Assembly (NCBI GenBank): GCA_949358305.1
Contig: OX442314.1
Coordinates: 33,170,001 to 33,234,000 of the forward strand
Direction of reading: 5' to 3'
DNA: 64,000 nt
Source: Strigamia acuminata
Lineage: Eukaryota
Position 1 is the first letter of the stretch, and each line of letters begins with the position of its first letter. Below are positions 23,108 to 35,886 of this stretch, one piece after another. The translations under genes and the position numbers were made by a program. The notes below the pieces were generated by a model. That model made no database searches. It was not told the DNA's origin and worked only from the letters and a program-made list of their open reading frames with translations.

Positions 23108-23899
23108 TTCATAGTTGAAATTTTTGATTTCATGGTTGAAATTTTTAATTTCATGGTTGAAATTTTTAATTTCATGGTTGAAATTTTTAATTTCATGGTT
23201 GAAATTTTTAATTTCATGGTTGAAATTTTTAATTTCATGGTTGAAATTTTTAATTTCATGGTTGAAATTTTTAATTTCATGGTTGAAATTTTTAATTTCA
23301 TGGTTGAAATTTTTGATTTCATGGTTGAAATTTTTGATTTCATGGTTGAAATTTTTGATTTCATGGTTGAAATTTTTGATTTCATGGTTGAAATTTTTGA
23401 TTTCATGGTTGAAATTTTTGATTTCATGGTTGAAATTTTTGATTTCATGGTTGAAATTTTTAATTTCATGGTTGAAATTTTTAATTTCATGGTTGAAATT
23501 TTTAATTTCATGGTTGAAATTTTTAATTTCATGGTTGAAATTTTTAATTTCATGGTTGAAATTTTTAATTTCATGGTTGAAATTTTTAATTTCATGGTTG
23601 AAATTTTTAATTTCATGGTTGAAATTTTTAATTTCATGGTTGAAATTTTTAATTTCATGGTTGAAATTTTTAATTTCATGGTTGAAATTTTTAATTTCAT
23701 GGTTGAAATTTTTAATTTCATGGTTGAAATTTTTAATTTCATGGTTGAAATTTTTAATTTCATGGTTGAAATTTTTAATTTCATGGTTGAAATTTTTAAT
23801 TTCATGGTTGAAATTTTTAATTTCATGGTTGAAATTTTTAATTTCATGGTTGAAATTTTTAATTTCATGGTTGAAATTTTTAATTTCATGGTTGAAATT
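23108..23899. repeat. 21-bp satellite GTTGAAATTTTTAATTTCATG, left part (~38 units)
   Basis: Tandem units; a block of about 7 units carries an A>G variant (..TTTTTGATTTC..). Confidence 0.98.
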
Positions 23900-25653
23900 T
23901 GTGATGATTACAAATCCGTATTTATCAATGTTCACAATAGATGGCGCTGTTTATCAAACGCGCGTAATTCAAACTCGATAAAACTAAAAAGTGTGATAAA
24001 TAATTATTTAGACACGGTGAATAAAATATAACTATTTTATTCGATATAAACTAAGTATTATTTACTTGACAATGTTGATTCTATCGAATCAATATCCACA
24101 TTACTTACCTGTCAAAGGGAACCAATCGGACCCTTCCGGACCCCAACTGGGCCCATCTGGACATAGTCATATATTAGGTCCGGACTAGTGACCCACGAAT
24201 CCGCCGATTCGTACGCTGATTGGCTGTCGCCAATCTAGTAGTTCTACAGAACTATATAAGCATCAGTTTCTCACTTCCCCCTGCCCCTTGCTTGATAACT
24301 GAACTTGTATATTGTCTGTAGTTGAATTGTTATTGTTTGATTTCATTATTCTCTATCGACACATCAGGCCACCTCAGCTCTCCACAGTTAGTATTCATTA
24401 CTATTTGTTATTGCTGTTGTAGGGCTATTTCGGGAAGGCTAACTCCGGTAATAGACATGCATTCGCATGAAATGGCCCCGTAACGTTAGCCAGCTGTTCT
24501 ACGGGACAGTAGGACTTCGTACGGTGGCTTAATATAACGGTCGTATACAGTACGACCTTGCTAAATGAAAGTAGGTCCCTCAGCTAACTGGCCTCAGTCC
24601 GCTGCAGGATGGCTGTTGTAAACAGCCCACGCAGGTTCCCGTCTTTCTACGATTGGTCCTTCCGCTCGTTAAAAGTCGGTAAAGGCCTAATGCACAGGTA
24701 ACACGCCGGGTTGGTAGCCCGTGAGTAATATCTTCAGATGTTGCGATAAATAACTACCTGGATAATGGTAATCCAACGGCAGTGGCCGATTAATATTTTA
24801 CCCGGTGCTCGATCATTGGATCCCGCCATCGTAAGGCATGCTGGCGGATGGAGGAGTCAAATCCTCCCGCGATGGTTCTCTCGACCGTCGTGACGGTCCC
24901 CGCCCCATCGTACCCTCCGGGTTAGTAACCCGTGAACAGGAGTTGAACAACACTGTGTTAAACAAATTACTCGGGCATTGGTAATCCTGTATTGGCAATA
25001 TCTTTTAAACCCGGTAAGTCCATAGAAATGTTTACCTGGTGGTTGGTACCACCGATAGCGAACTAAAGCGTACAATTAAATACTCGGCGCCTGATCACGA
25101 GATCTTGTCGTCGTAAGGCATGCTGGCGGATGGAGTCTCAACAACTCCCGCGACGTTCTCTCAATTGTCGTGACGGTCCCCGCCCAATTAATATTTATAT
25201 AACAATTCATTTGTTATATTCATTTAATCACTTTACTTTTTGTTCATTTGAATTATGGAATATTCTGCCGAATATTCCTGTTTATGCGAAGGACGCTTCG
25301 CATATTTAGATAATCGATGCTGCGGACCAAATACGTCTCCGTAGTGATATTTGTGACGATGCCGCAAGTCAGCCGTATCCCTCTGGCTTCGCCCGGATCC
25401 TCAACCAGTTGATGCCGCCCGTTTACACGCGTCAAGAACCCATCTTTGTTATTGTTATTATTCAGTAATAAATATGTTATGTCACACTAAAAACTGTAAG
25501 TTATTTCTGCTCAGTCATGAATTCTTATTTTTACACAGACTTCTGTAAGCTTATCTCGGTTAGGTTGTTGCTACTCCTAGCAACGTCTTGTTTAAACCGA
25601 TTATTTATCTATCTTAAATGGCTATTAAGTCAGCCAAAAGTAGAATTGTCACA
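23900..25653 (+). repeat. 5' LTR of Gypsy B (1754 bp)
   Basis: TGTGATG..GTCACA; direct repeat of 46128-47881. Confidence 0.97.
24219..24268 (+). promoter_or_regulatory. Putative LTR Pol II promoter
   Basis: ATTGG and CCAAT boxes (24219-24234) followed by TATATAA (24253-24259), conserved in all four LTRs. Confidence 0.55.
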
Positions 25654-25655
25654 AG

Positions 25656-25673
25656 TGGAGGTTCTACCGAGAT
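25656..25673 (+). promoter_or_regulatory. Primer binding site (tRNA-Gln) of Gypsy B
   Basis: TGGAGGTTCTACCGAGAT after the LTR end. Confidence 0.85.
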
Positions 25674-27441
25674 AAGGCTGCAAAAAATTCAATTGAATTT
25701 TGAGTGTGTGTATTTATGAGAATTCGGAAATGTGCTTACGGTGATAAAATTTCAATTGAAATTTTTTCTGTGTGTAAAATAAATTTTGAACGGAATTTAT
25801 ATTTGTGTTTAATATATTTTATTCTGTTTTAGAACTTCTCGCAAGAAAATAAGTGTAATTCACTTTATTCCGATTTTCCGTCGGAGAAATTATGTGTTTT
25901 AACAAAACTAATAATTTCTACCGCGTGGTCAGGCCTAAAGGCCCAAACCCCGAAAATGAGAATCTTGCCCGAACTTGTTAAAGTTGGTCCCGCCCGGGTA
26001 GCGTCATTTTTTTTTGTCGACAATCTGACAAAACCACGCGGTCGGGCCTAATTTTGAAAAGTTGACTTTTGATGGAATTCTTAAAGAATTCTATCAATTT
26101 AACAGTTGTTTTAATTTTAGAATATTCTTTTATATGTATTTTGCTTGAGACTTTAAGTTAAACCTAAATTTATTTGCCTAAATAAATTAGAAAGAAAATT
26201 GACGCTTTTCGAAGGAATTAAAATTTATATTTTATTTCAAAGTGGGTTTACCTTATTTTACAGACTTGATCTACATTAAAATGTTGGTTAAAAATCGTGA
26301 TCTCAAGTCATTGAAATCGAATTTTACGAATGGAATACCATTCGAATTTTAGCGAAGAAGAATTCTTGCTGTTGTGTTGCCTAGCAACCCGTGTTGTGCA
26401 GAAAAGCCGTCGATTCAAACGAATCGGCGCGTCTTTTGAAATTACGAGTTGTAAAACTTTAAAAAATTCCATAAAGGTGATCATTCATTTATTAATAAAT
26501 GCGGTGATATTTTTAAAATACTTTGAAAAGTATCCATTTTGTTTGGTGACTACGTCATAACACTGGAATCTGTCAAGATTACGGTTCCACAAACTTGATG
26601 ATTTCCACCAATCTCGGACGAGATTGGACTCTCGCGAGACTAGCGTTGATACTTGACCAATCAGAGAGGTGTATCGAAGTACCCATACTTCCTTTCGAAC
26701 TAGTGTGACCACTGCTTCGTTTGCGATCCTCCTGAACGTTTGCAACTTCATCGTTATCTCTCAGACTTAGGAAATTTTCTTAGTTTTAAGTTTAGTTATG
26801 ACTAATAACCAACATCACATGAACACCCGTGGTAAGGAAAGAACTTGTTTGACCGGTGGAATGAATCTATCCGGGTTTATACCTGTTCCTAATGGAACTG
26901 AAGAAGTGGAAAACCACGCGGTCCATAATGGCGTTTCAAATGAAACAGCCGGACCATCTGGAGAGAATTGTTGTTTATCAATGCCAAACAGTCCTCCGTA
27001 CTTGTTTTGCACATTTCTTAATGTATTACTGCATTATGCAGCCTAGTGTATTTATTAGGATTTATTTCATTATTTAACAATGGGCATAATGCTGCCTCTA
27101 TACTGTTTACTTTTGTATTACTTATTATTAACACCAGATGGTGTGCATGTATGTTTTTCACAATCACAATGGCCACTTGCATGCCAGCAAGGACTCATGT
27201 ATTTTCTCCATCTAAATGGACCACATTATGTAAGCATTTTCGTTTTTATTAAACATTTAGTTTATTTTTACATTGTGTTTGTCACTCATGAGCACTTTAG
27301 AGTGCAGTGACTTTATTTTCCACCATTTTCAAGCGCTGGAGGTGCGCGCACGTCATTGCGCTCATATTAGCCGTGTTTCGGCATTTAAACTCGCTTCCAC
27401 ACACAGTATTTTATACTGTGAGCGCACTCCTCGGCTACAAG

Positions 27442-27459
27442 TGGTAGCAGAGGATGGTT
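27442..27459 (+). promoter_or_regulatory. Primer binding site (initiator tRNA-Met) of the Copia element
   Basis: TGGTAGCAGAGGATGGTT is complementary to the 3' 18 nt of metazoan tRNA-iMet. Confidence 0.92.
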
Positions 27460-28291
27460 GCTATCCTTGCAGCACGCCGAAACCGCTAATTTTATCGCCA
27501 TTTTCGCGAAATTCGCGAATTTGCGATAAATTTTCTATTTGCAGATTGCGCCGATTTCCGCGACGATTTTCGTCTCTAGAACGTTCGAGACGACACGCCG
27601 ACGTTCTCACGTAGTCTGCACGACCAGCTCTACGATTTTTCATTTAATTTCGTCCGGATTTCTGCGGGTTTCGCAATTTTCGAGACGAATTTCAATTTAT
27701 TTTCAGATTTTCGCCATTTTCCAACGAGAATCAACGTTGGAAACCCGCTTTACACAGCGTGAACGACGATTTGGACTAATTCCCGACTTAGTACACCGTG
27801 TACGGTCGTTGTATCGACGATTTTTCGACGATTTTCGCATTTTAAATGCGCAACTACGCCATTTTCATCTCTAGATTGGCACAACGTTTCATCATACTAA
27901 TTAAAAATTGCTTTTCAGTAGTCGTGATTAGCTTGTTAGTATTTAAGATAGTATTAAGTTTTTGTGGGTCCCTTAGAATAGTTTGTGCCCTCCGGTTCAG
28001 TCGAACCACCGCACAAACTCATTCCTAGCCAGTGCTTACCGCGGCCAGCAGGTACTCCCGCGCCTCCAGGTAGGCAAACGGACCCCTGTGTGTTGGCTGG
28101 CTAGGGTTATCTGACCACTTCAGAAGTGGTTGCCCAATTCGATTGATATCCGCTTTGACAGTGCTTCGAATAGTGCGCCGTATTTGTGTTGTGCAACGCG
28201 ATATTGTGCTCCGAGACCGTCAAGTTCATCAATTGTACCATTTTCCGTCCTGTGTGCTTCGCTTCGGATTGTTTCGTAGCTCCACGTCATT

Positions 28292-31200
28292 ATGTCAAAA
28301 TCCGTCGAAGCCAATTCCGGACGCCTTCCGATTCTCAGCGTAGGAAACTACGAACTATGGCAGCGCTCAATGCGCATGGTGCTGAGAAGTGAAGAGTTAT
28401 GGGAACACGTAACTGAAGAAGAAGAGGCAGAATTCCTTAAAACCGCGGGTGACAAGGAAAAGAAGAAATACAAGCGTCGTAAAGCCAAGGCATTAGGCTT
28501 AATATACTGTTCTGTAAGTGAGGCGAAGAAGTCTGCGCTAGATGATTGTAAAACCCCGAAGGAAGCATGGGACATTTTAGCCAACATTTATGCGCCATCA
28601 TCTCGCGCACGACAGGCAGCCATGCGCCGCGAATTTTTGAATTTGCGCCTAGAGCAGGGCGAAGATATGGCCGACTTCTTAGGACGCGTTGACTATCATG
28701 TCCGCCAAATGAAGGATATCGGAGAGATAACTTCGCCTGATCACCACGCTTACCAATACTTGGACTTATTGCCTCGTGAATATTCACAGATTTCATTCAC
28801 AACATATCACTTGCCCAACGGTGAATTCACACCAAAGAAAGTGTCCGAACAGTTACTCGCGGAACATATGCGACTCAAAGCTATGGATTCGCGCGACATA
28901 GACAATTCTAAATCTCCACGTGCCTATGCTGGTGAAAAACAGCAACGTGGGAGAAATCGTTCTCGTCCCTCTCGACCGTTATCTTCGGTGCAGTGTTTTA
29001 ATTGCCAGGAATTTGGCCATTACGCAAATAAATGTCCATTACCGCCGCGCCGAGATGACAAAAATCAACCGACAGCTTCACTTCAAAGTAAGCCAAGAAG
29101 TTCTAGCCGCAAACGCAACAAGAACTCAAACCGTGATGATTCGAGGCCAAGGGGGAATTCCAGCGCAAGACGGGAAACGAACTTTTTCGCCAGTGCGCCT
29201 CAACCAATGCCCACAATTCACTTCATGCAATCACATGAATGGATAGTGGATTGTGGGGCAACGGATCATGTGTGCCACGTCCAGGCTTGGTTTCAGGACT
29301 TTGTTAAAGTTGTGCCCTTTAACATAGCATTAGGTCAAGGACATTCCGAAGTTCTTGGAAAGGGCAAAGTCCAGATTGTCACAATGATCAACAATGTAGA
29401 ATGTGTCGCGAATCTCCAAGATGTGCTGTTTGCGCCAAAATTTGAGGCGAATTTGATCTCCGTATCAAAAATGGACAAAGCCAAACATCATATCCATATT
29501 TGGGATGGAGGAGTCCATGTCTACAAATCCGATATCAATCATCCAATGCTTCGAGCCAAAGAAAAGGGCGGTCTGTATTACGTCGACGGCTTATGTACAC
29601 CCTCAACGGTCATATCAACAGTTAATGCGCCAGTTATACAGACGACCGCTCCAGCCCGAACATTAGTCACGGCAGAAGAGGATTTCATCCAGTATCCAAG
29701 AGCAAAGAAAAAGTCGAAAGATCCTGAACTTTTTACTGATTTTCGGCTCGAATTCCCTCCTTTGCCAAATGAAATTCCTCCACCTGCACCAATCAAAGTA
29801 ACCCAGTCCAAGACACCTCCTGTACCTGTTCCTACCAATCCATTACCTCAAGTCCCATCCTTTGCCGACACATTAAAGGCAATTCCTCCAACTTCCAAAC
29901 CGAATCTAAAGTCGGCGAATCAAAAGAAAGTTGCAGCGCCTACGGTTAAAAAGGATGCGACTGGGATATGGCACAGCAGATTGGGTCATCTTCACACCAA
30001 TGCAATGAAACTTTTGGCCGGAAATAACCAAGTTTATGGAGTGACACCGGCAGAAGTGAACAAGGAACTTTCGTGTAATCATTGTCGAATTGCGAAATCA
30101 ACGCGCATTTCCCATAAACCTGATGAACATCCTATTTCTACAAAGGCTTTAGATCTCCTACACATGGACGTGTAGGGAGCATCAAGAACGACTTCCTACG
30201 GAGGCGCGCGTTATGTGCTAACGATTATCGACGACGCCACGCGCTATGCCTGGATATTTCCGATGGCTCAAAAATCCCAAGTATTTGGATTGTTCAAAGA
30301 CTACGTCACACGAATCGAACGAGTGACAGGCAAACGAGTGAAGGCCATCCGAACTGACCGAGGAGGGGAGTTCTTATCAAACGAATTCGACCGCTATTTA
30401 AAGGAAACCGGAATTCAGGCCCAAAGGACCAATCCACATAGCCCCGCTATGAATGGCACCATGGCGGATTACACGCGTGCCATCCTAGACGAAACCGGAC
30501 TTCCGAATGAACTTTGGGCGGAATTCGCAGTAACTTTCTCTTATATAAAGAACCGGTGCCCTCATTCTCGTCTCAAAAATGAGGTGCCCTATATTTTGTG
30601 GCGACGACGTGCCCTTTCGCTCCGACACCTCCGGAAGTTAGGCTCCAAATGCTGGGTACATCACACGGCTCCTGGCAGGGACAAATTGGATCCACGAGCT
30701 TGGGAGGGCTATTTAGTCGGATACGCCACGACAACGCGAGGTTATCGCGTCTGGAATCCAACAGATAACAAGGTTATCGAGTCCATTCACGTCAAAATAG
30801 ATGAACGGCAGTCCTATAAACGCTCAAATCATTATCGAGGTCCACAGGAACCGTGGACAGGACCAGATTTGGACCAAACGCATCAAGCGTCGCAAATTTA
30901 TGAACCATTGCACATTTCACAACCGCAAGTGAGATTTGACGACGAGTTGGAATATACCGATTGGCCCAAATTTCCGGATTCGGAAGATGAATGCGATACA
31001 GATTATGACTCTGACGATTCAGCTCCGCCAGGCGCTCAAGCCCGGACACCACCAGGGTCTCCAATTAGGATTCCAACACCCGTCCTATCTCCAATAATTT
31101 CTTCAGTGATATCTCGAGCACCAAGCCCACTTATCACACCAGGTACTACACCAACACACACACCGCCAGGAACACCACCAGGTTCACCTCCAAGATTTGT

Positions 31201-33091
31201 GAACGCTCGTCGAGGTTCTCGTGGCAATGCGCCACAAGCCCATCCAGCAGCGCAGCATGGTCCACCTCCAACAGGAGCTGCAACTGCCTACAAATGGCGT
31301 TACGTTGGAGGCGATTCCGAGTGTAGGCGCTGGAAAAGAGAGGAACATTTGCGCAAAGTGCAGGAACCTGGCAAATTGAAAACAGATGTTTATTATTTCC
31401 CAGAACCAGGACTCCGACTACGTTCTAGGGGTGACGTTGAGGAATTCTGTCATATGAATAACATTCCTTATGATCCCGAATTATTTTATTTTGGCAACAT
31501 GGAATACGAATTAGAAGATCTTCCATTGCCTCTTCCTAGAGTACACCTTTGTCGTCGTGATCCCACTAGTTACGCAGAGGCTGTAAGATTTCCGGATTCG
31601 ACCAAATGGCAGGAAGCCATTAATGAAGAGTTAGACACTTTTGCAGAAAGAGGCGTCTATGAAGAGGTCCCTAAACCGGAAAATACAACCATATTAGGGT
31701 GCAAGTGGCTCTTCAAACTGAAGGAAGATGCTCTAGGCAAACCAGCCAGATATCGCGCCAGATTAGTGGCACAGGGTTATCGTCAGACGTTAGGAGTAGA
31801 CTATGATGAGGTATTCAGCCCTGTTGTCAACTTTGTATTGATACGCCTATTCTTCTGCCTATTAGTAGTCCTCAAAGGGTGGAAGGACGCGCACTTAGAT
31901 GTGAAATGCGCGTACCTATACGGCGATCTTGCGCACAAAGTATATATGCGCATTCCAGCTGGCGCAACATGTTCAAATCCAAATCATGTATGGCTCCTGA
32001 TAAAGTCGCTCTATGGTCTCCACCAGTCTGGGCGCCAATGGTTTGAGAAATTAGATCAAACATTGCGCAATTTAGGATTTCGCAGATTACCAGGATGCAA
32101 CTGTGTGTACATATACGGAACTTCCGCCGTGATGCTAATATACGTCGATGATATAGTTCTATTTTACGCGACGGATAACGTCCTTACACAATTAATTGCG
32201 CTCATCAGCACCAAATTCGATGTCGTGAATTTAGGACCAATTACGAAACTCTTAGGTGTAGAGTTCATTCGTACTCCCAAAGGAATCTTCATCATCCAAC
32301 GTGCATACATACAGAAGATTCTTAAGAAATTTGAAATTGTCGCCGATAAACTCATCAAGGTCCCAGTAACACCAGGAACGACGCTCGTCAAAGGGTCGAA
32401 AGAGGACTTGCCAGAATTTCCTTATCGTTCGTTAATTGGCTCTCTTCTCTTCCTCGCATCGAGGACACGACCTGATATATTATTCTCAGTGATAATGTTG
32501 TCACAGTTCAATAATTGCTACAACCACACTCACATCAAGGCGCTCATGCAGGTTGTGCGCTATGTAGGCAATACTTTGAATTATGCAATTGAACTGTCAA
32601 ATTGTTCCAATGGACAACTATGGGGATATACTGACGCGTCCTGGGCCACCGAAGTCAGCACTTCTTTGAGTTTCGGCGGATATATAGCCTATATTGGAAA
32701 CGTCCCCATCGGATGGAGTTGTCGTAAACAAACCAGCGTGGCGTGCTCAACGATGGAGGCGGAGTTTGTCGCCCTCGTTGAGTGCGTCCGTGAGCTTTAT
32801 TGGCTGGATTACGTCTACAGTTCCGTTCCGATGCTGAATAGATCTTCACCACCTTTAGTGTTCTCCGATGCGCTTTCTTCCATCCAATTCACATCAAATG
32901 ACGTGGAGAACAGTAAAACGAAACATATCCGAGTGAAATTTCATTGGATTCGGGAATGGTACACAGCAGGTGCATTCCAATTGCGCAAAGTCCCCGGATC
33001 AATGAACGTGGCAGACATTTTTACCAAATGGTTAAGTTCATCTCAACTGCGCCTGCTGATTTCCCGGATTTTCAATTTCAACCTATCGTGA
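28292..33091 (+). pseudogene. Copia Gag-Pol polyprotein with an in-frame TAG at 30173-30175
   Basis: CFNCQEFGHYANKC knuckle, WIVDCGA protease, WHSRLGH..CNHC, HMDV*G (W>stop), RTDRGGEF, RT YVDD, RNase H YTDASW..ADIFTK. ORFs 28292 and 30215 are in the same frame. Confidence 0.93.
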
Positions 33092-35886
33092 CATTCTTAA
33101 TTTAGTTTTACCCGAATTTTGAGGATCATCGAGTTCCAGTGGGAATTTTCGGGCTTCCGTAGTGATTAATATAACAGTACCCGGCTCGATGTTCCGAATT
33201 ATTATTTCCATTATTATTATTCTATGTAAAGTTACATTTAAAGTTTTTCCCTTAACTTATTCTTTATTTTTGCGGCTATTTGCCATCGAAGGGGGAAATT
33301 GTTGTTTATCAATGCCAAACAGTCCTCCGTACTTGTTTTGCACATTTCTTAATGTATTACTGCATTATGCAGCCTAGTGTATTTATTAGGATTTATTTCA
33401 TTATTTAACATTGGGCATAATGCTGCCTCTATACTGTTTACTTTTGTATTACTTATTATTAACACCAGATGGTGTGCATGTATGTTTTTCACAATCACAA
33501 TGGCCGCTTGCATGCCAGCAAGGACTCATGTATTTTCTCCATCTAAATGGACCACATTATGTAAGCATTTTCGTTTTTATTAAACATTTAGTTTATTTTT
33601 ACATTGTGTTTGTCACTCATGAGCACTTTAGAGTGCAGTGACTTTATTTTCCACCATTTTCAAGCGCTGGAGGTGCGCGCACGTCATTGCGCTCATATTA
33701 GCCGTGTTTCGGCATTTAAACTCGCTTCCACACACAGTATTTTATACTGTGAGCGCACTCCTCGGCTACAAGAATAGGGCTCCACGTGAACCTACTCCGC
33801 CTGGAGAAGAGGAATGCATTCCTGAAGGTTCTCATTTAGGCCGAGGCGGTCTATTATTTTTGTCAGGATCACGGTTTGAACCCAAACCAATTTAGATCTT
33901 TGACCGAAGTATTAGATTTTGTACACACGCGTCGTACTACGTCGGAGCAACCTAATTCCCCAGCCAGCCAAAGATTAAATAATTTTAGTCCCACTCCTTC
34001 GACGCCTATTTCTAGATATAGAAATAAAAATGCACAACCTCCTCGTCAAGATCAGTCGAATTTGACACCAGGAGATTTTAATCGTGCTTTCCAACAACGA
34101 TTACGAGCGAATAACTTCGCTCGCAACCAACAAAGAGGATTTACAAATCCAGAGAACTTTGAGAATACGTTCAACAGAGCGAATTTGGGTCCGCCTAATA
34201 TGGCCAACCCTAATCCAAGTTTTCTAAACGGATCAAATAGTTGTCCGAATCTCGCTGGAAATTTGAACCCAAATTCAGGTGCGACAAGAGGTCCAAACCG
34301 CCGTTTTGACCCAAATTCTAGATTTGCAAACAATTCTAGTCCAGCACCTAACATGCAAAGGGGTCACCCAGTTCCTCCGAACTCGAATAACCCAAATAAT
34401 CCGAACGATTTAAATAATCCTTCTACTGGAACTCCAGGAAATTCAAATAACTATTTGAATCGGGGTACGCCAGGTAATTCGAACTATCGTCCGAATTTTG
34501 GTAATCAAGAAAGTTCGAACAACCGTCCGAATTTTGACAATCAGGGTAATTCTAATAATCCTTCGAATTATGGGAACCAAGGCAATTCGAATAACCATTC
34601 GAACTTTGGTAACCACGGTAGGTCAAATCAAGGAGGGTAGAATAATTTCAACCCTAATAGTGGTGGCTCAAGTCAAAATAACTCGAGTCAACCAAACAAT
34701 GGCGGGTCGTCAAACGACAACTCGCGCCCCCCCAGTAGCTTTGGAATGACGGCTGATGACCTCGCGTCAATTGCCACGACCATGCACAAGTTGATGCAGG
34801 CAGGAAAAAGTTCCGCCACTGTCCCTCAAACTAACTGTTTGAAACCACCAGATATCCCTGTATTCTCCGGAAAAGCAGAAGAAAGCGAACGCTTTCTCAA
34901 TATTTTAAAAAATGTCGCTTTCCTGCGAAACATGTCACTCGATGACATGCTTGTTAAAGGCGTGGCCGGTTATTTAACCGAGCAAGCGCATGGTTGGTTT
35001 CATGAAAGGAGAGAAGATTTCATATCTTGGGAAGTATTTGAACAGGCGTTCAAAGAACGGTTTGTAGCCACTCGACAAGAGCGGACGAACCAACTAACTA
35101 AGTTGAAACAACTGGAAACAGAAAGTCTTTACGACTTTATGCACAAATATTACCAGTTATGGATATTACAAGACAGTCTTGATGCAAAAGGGGCTGGTTG
35201 TCTTTTATCGGGAGTGTAACTCCAGCTAATGATTTGCTTTTGCATACGCAAGGCATAGCGGATTTGCCTCTGACAGAGATTTATACCGTTATAACAAAAA
35301 ATAAAGGCTTGTACAGTCGTACAGCTAATGGAGCAAGGGAAAATATTTCCAATCCAGTTGTTTTCCCACCTCGGAAAACTGACACTCGTCCTCAGCCAAA
35401 GACAAATGTTAAATCTTTAACTTTGGATTCACAAGAACAACTTAATATTTGTGAAGAAGAGTTACCGGAGGAATGCGAGGCCGTTTATTTAATAAATGGA
35501 GTAGTGGATCAGACCAGACGTGGTCAATTAGTTTGTTACCACTGTAAGAAACCAGGACACATGCGTCGAGAATGTCCAGATTTAAAACCACGTGCAAATT
35601 TCAACTCTGAAGAGTTGCAAAAACGAAGTATGCCGGATTCCCCGACTGTGGATCCTACTTCTAAACGTCCTAATAATAGGTGGATAACTCAAGAAGTGTT
35701 GGATGCAACACTAGATGCTAAACTTGATGCGAAACTTAATACTTTTGAAAATAAGTTACAAACTTCGCTGACTAACTCGTTGGCAGAAATGGTCAAGACT
35801 TTGATCAAGCCAGAATCTGCTGATTCAAGTGCGACTAGTTCAAAAAACTAGATCCGGGGGACGAAGGTTTATTCCATCCCCCAGAA

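Larger units (their letters stand above)
26969..33770 (+). mobile_element. Ty1/Copia LTR retrotransposon carrying an MBD-like domain, nested in Gypsy B gag
   Basis: 471-bp LTRs at 26969-27439 and 33300-33770 (2 differences seen), 5-bp TSD AGAAT, PBS, PPT GAAGGGGGAAA at 33288-33298, domain order gag-PR-IN-RT-RH. Confidence 0.97.
26798..35851 (+). pseudogene. gag: Gypsy B gag, interrupted by the Copia element, a premature TAG (34638) and frameshifts
   Basis: Fragments 26798-26968 and 33776-35851 match Gag of copy A. Confidence 0.93.

Noticed and set aside
23108..23899. CRISPR-like array
   Set aside because: Units are contiguous with no unique spacers, there are no cas genes, and the context is eukaryotic.
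30173..30175. Programmed stop-codon readthrough in Copia
   Set aside because: The TAG replaces the conserved Trp of the integrase H.D.WG motif (TGG>TAG), so it is more simply a nonsense mutation.
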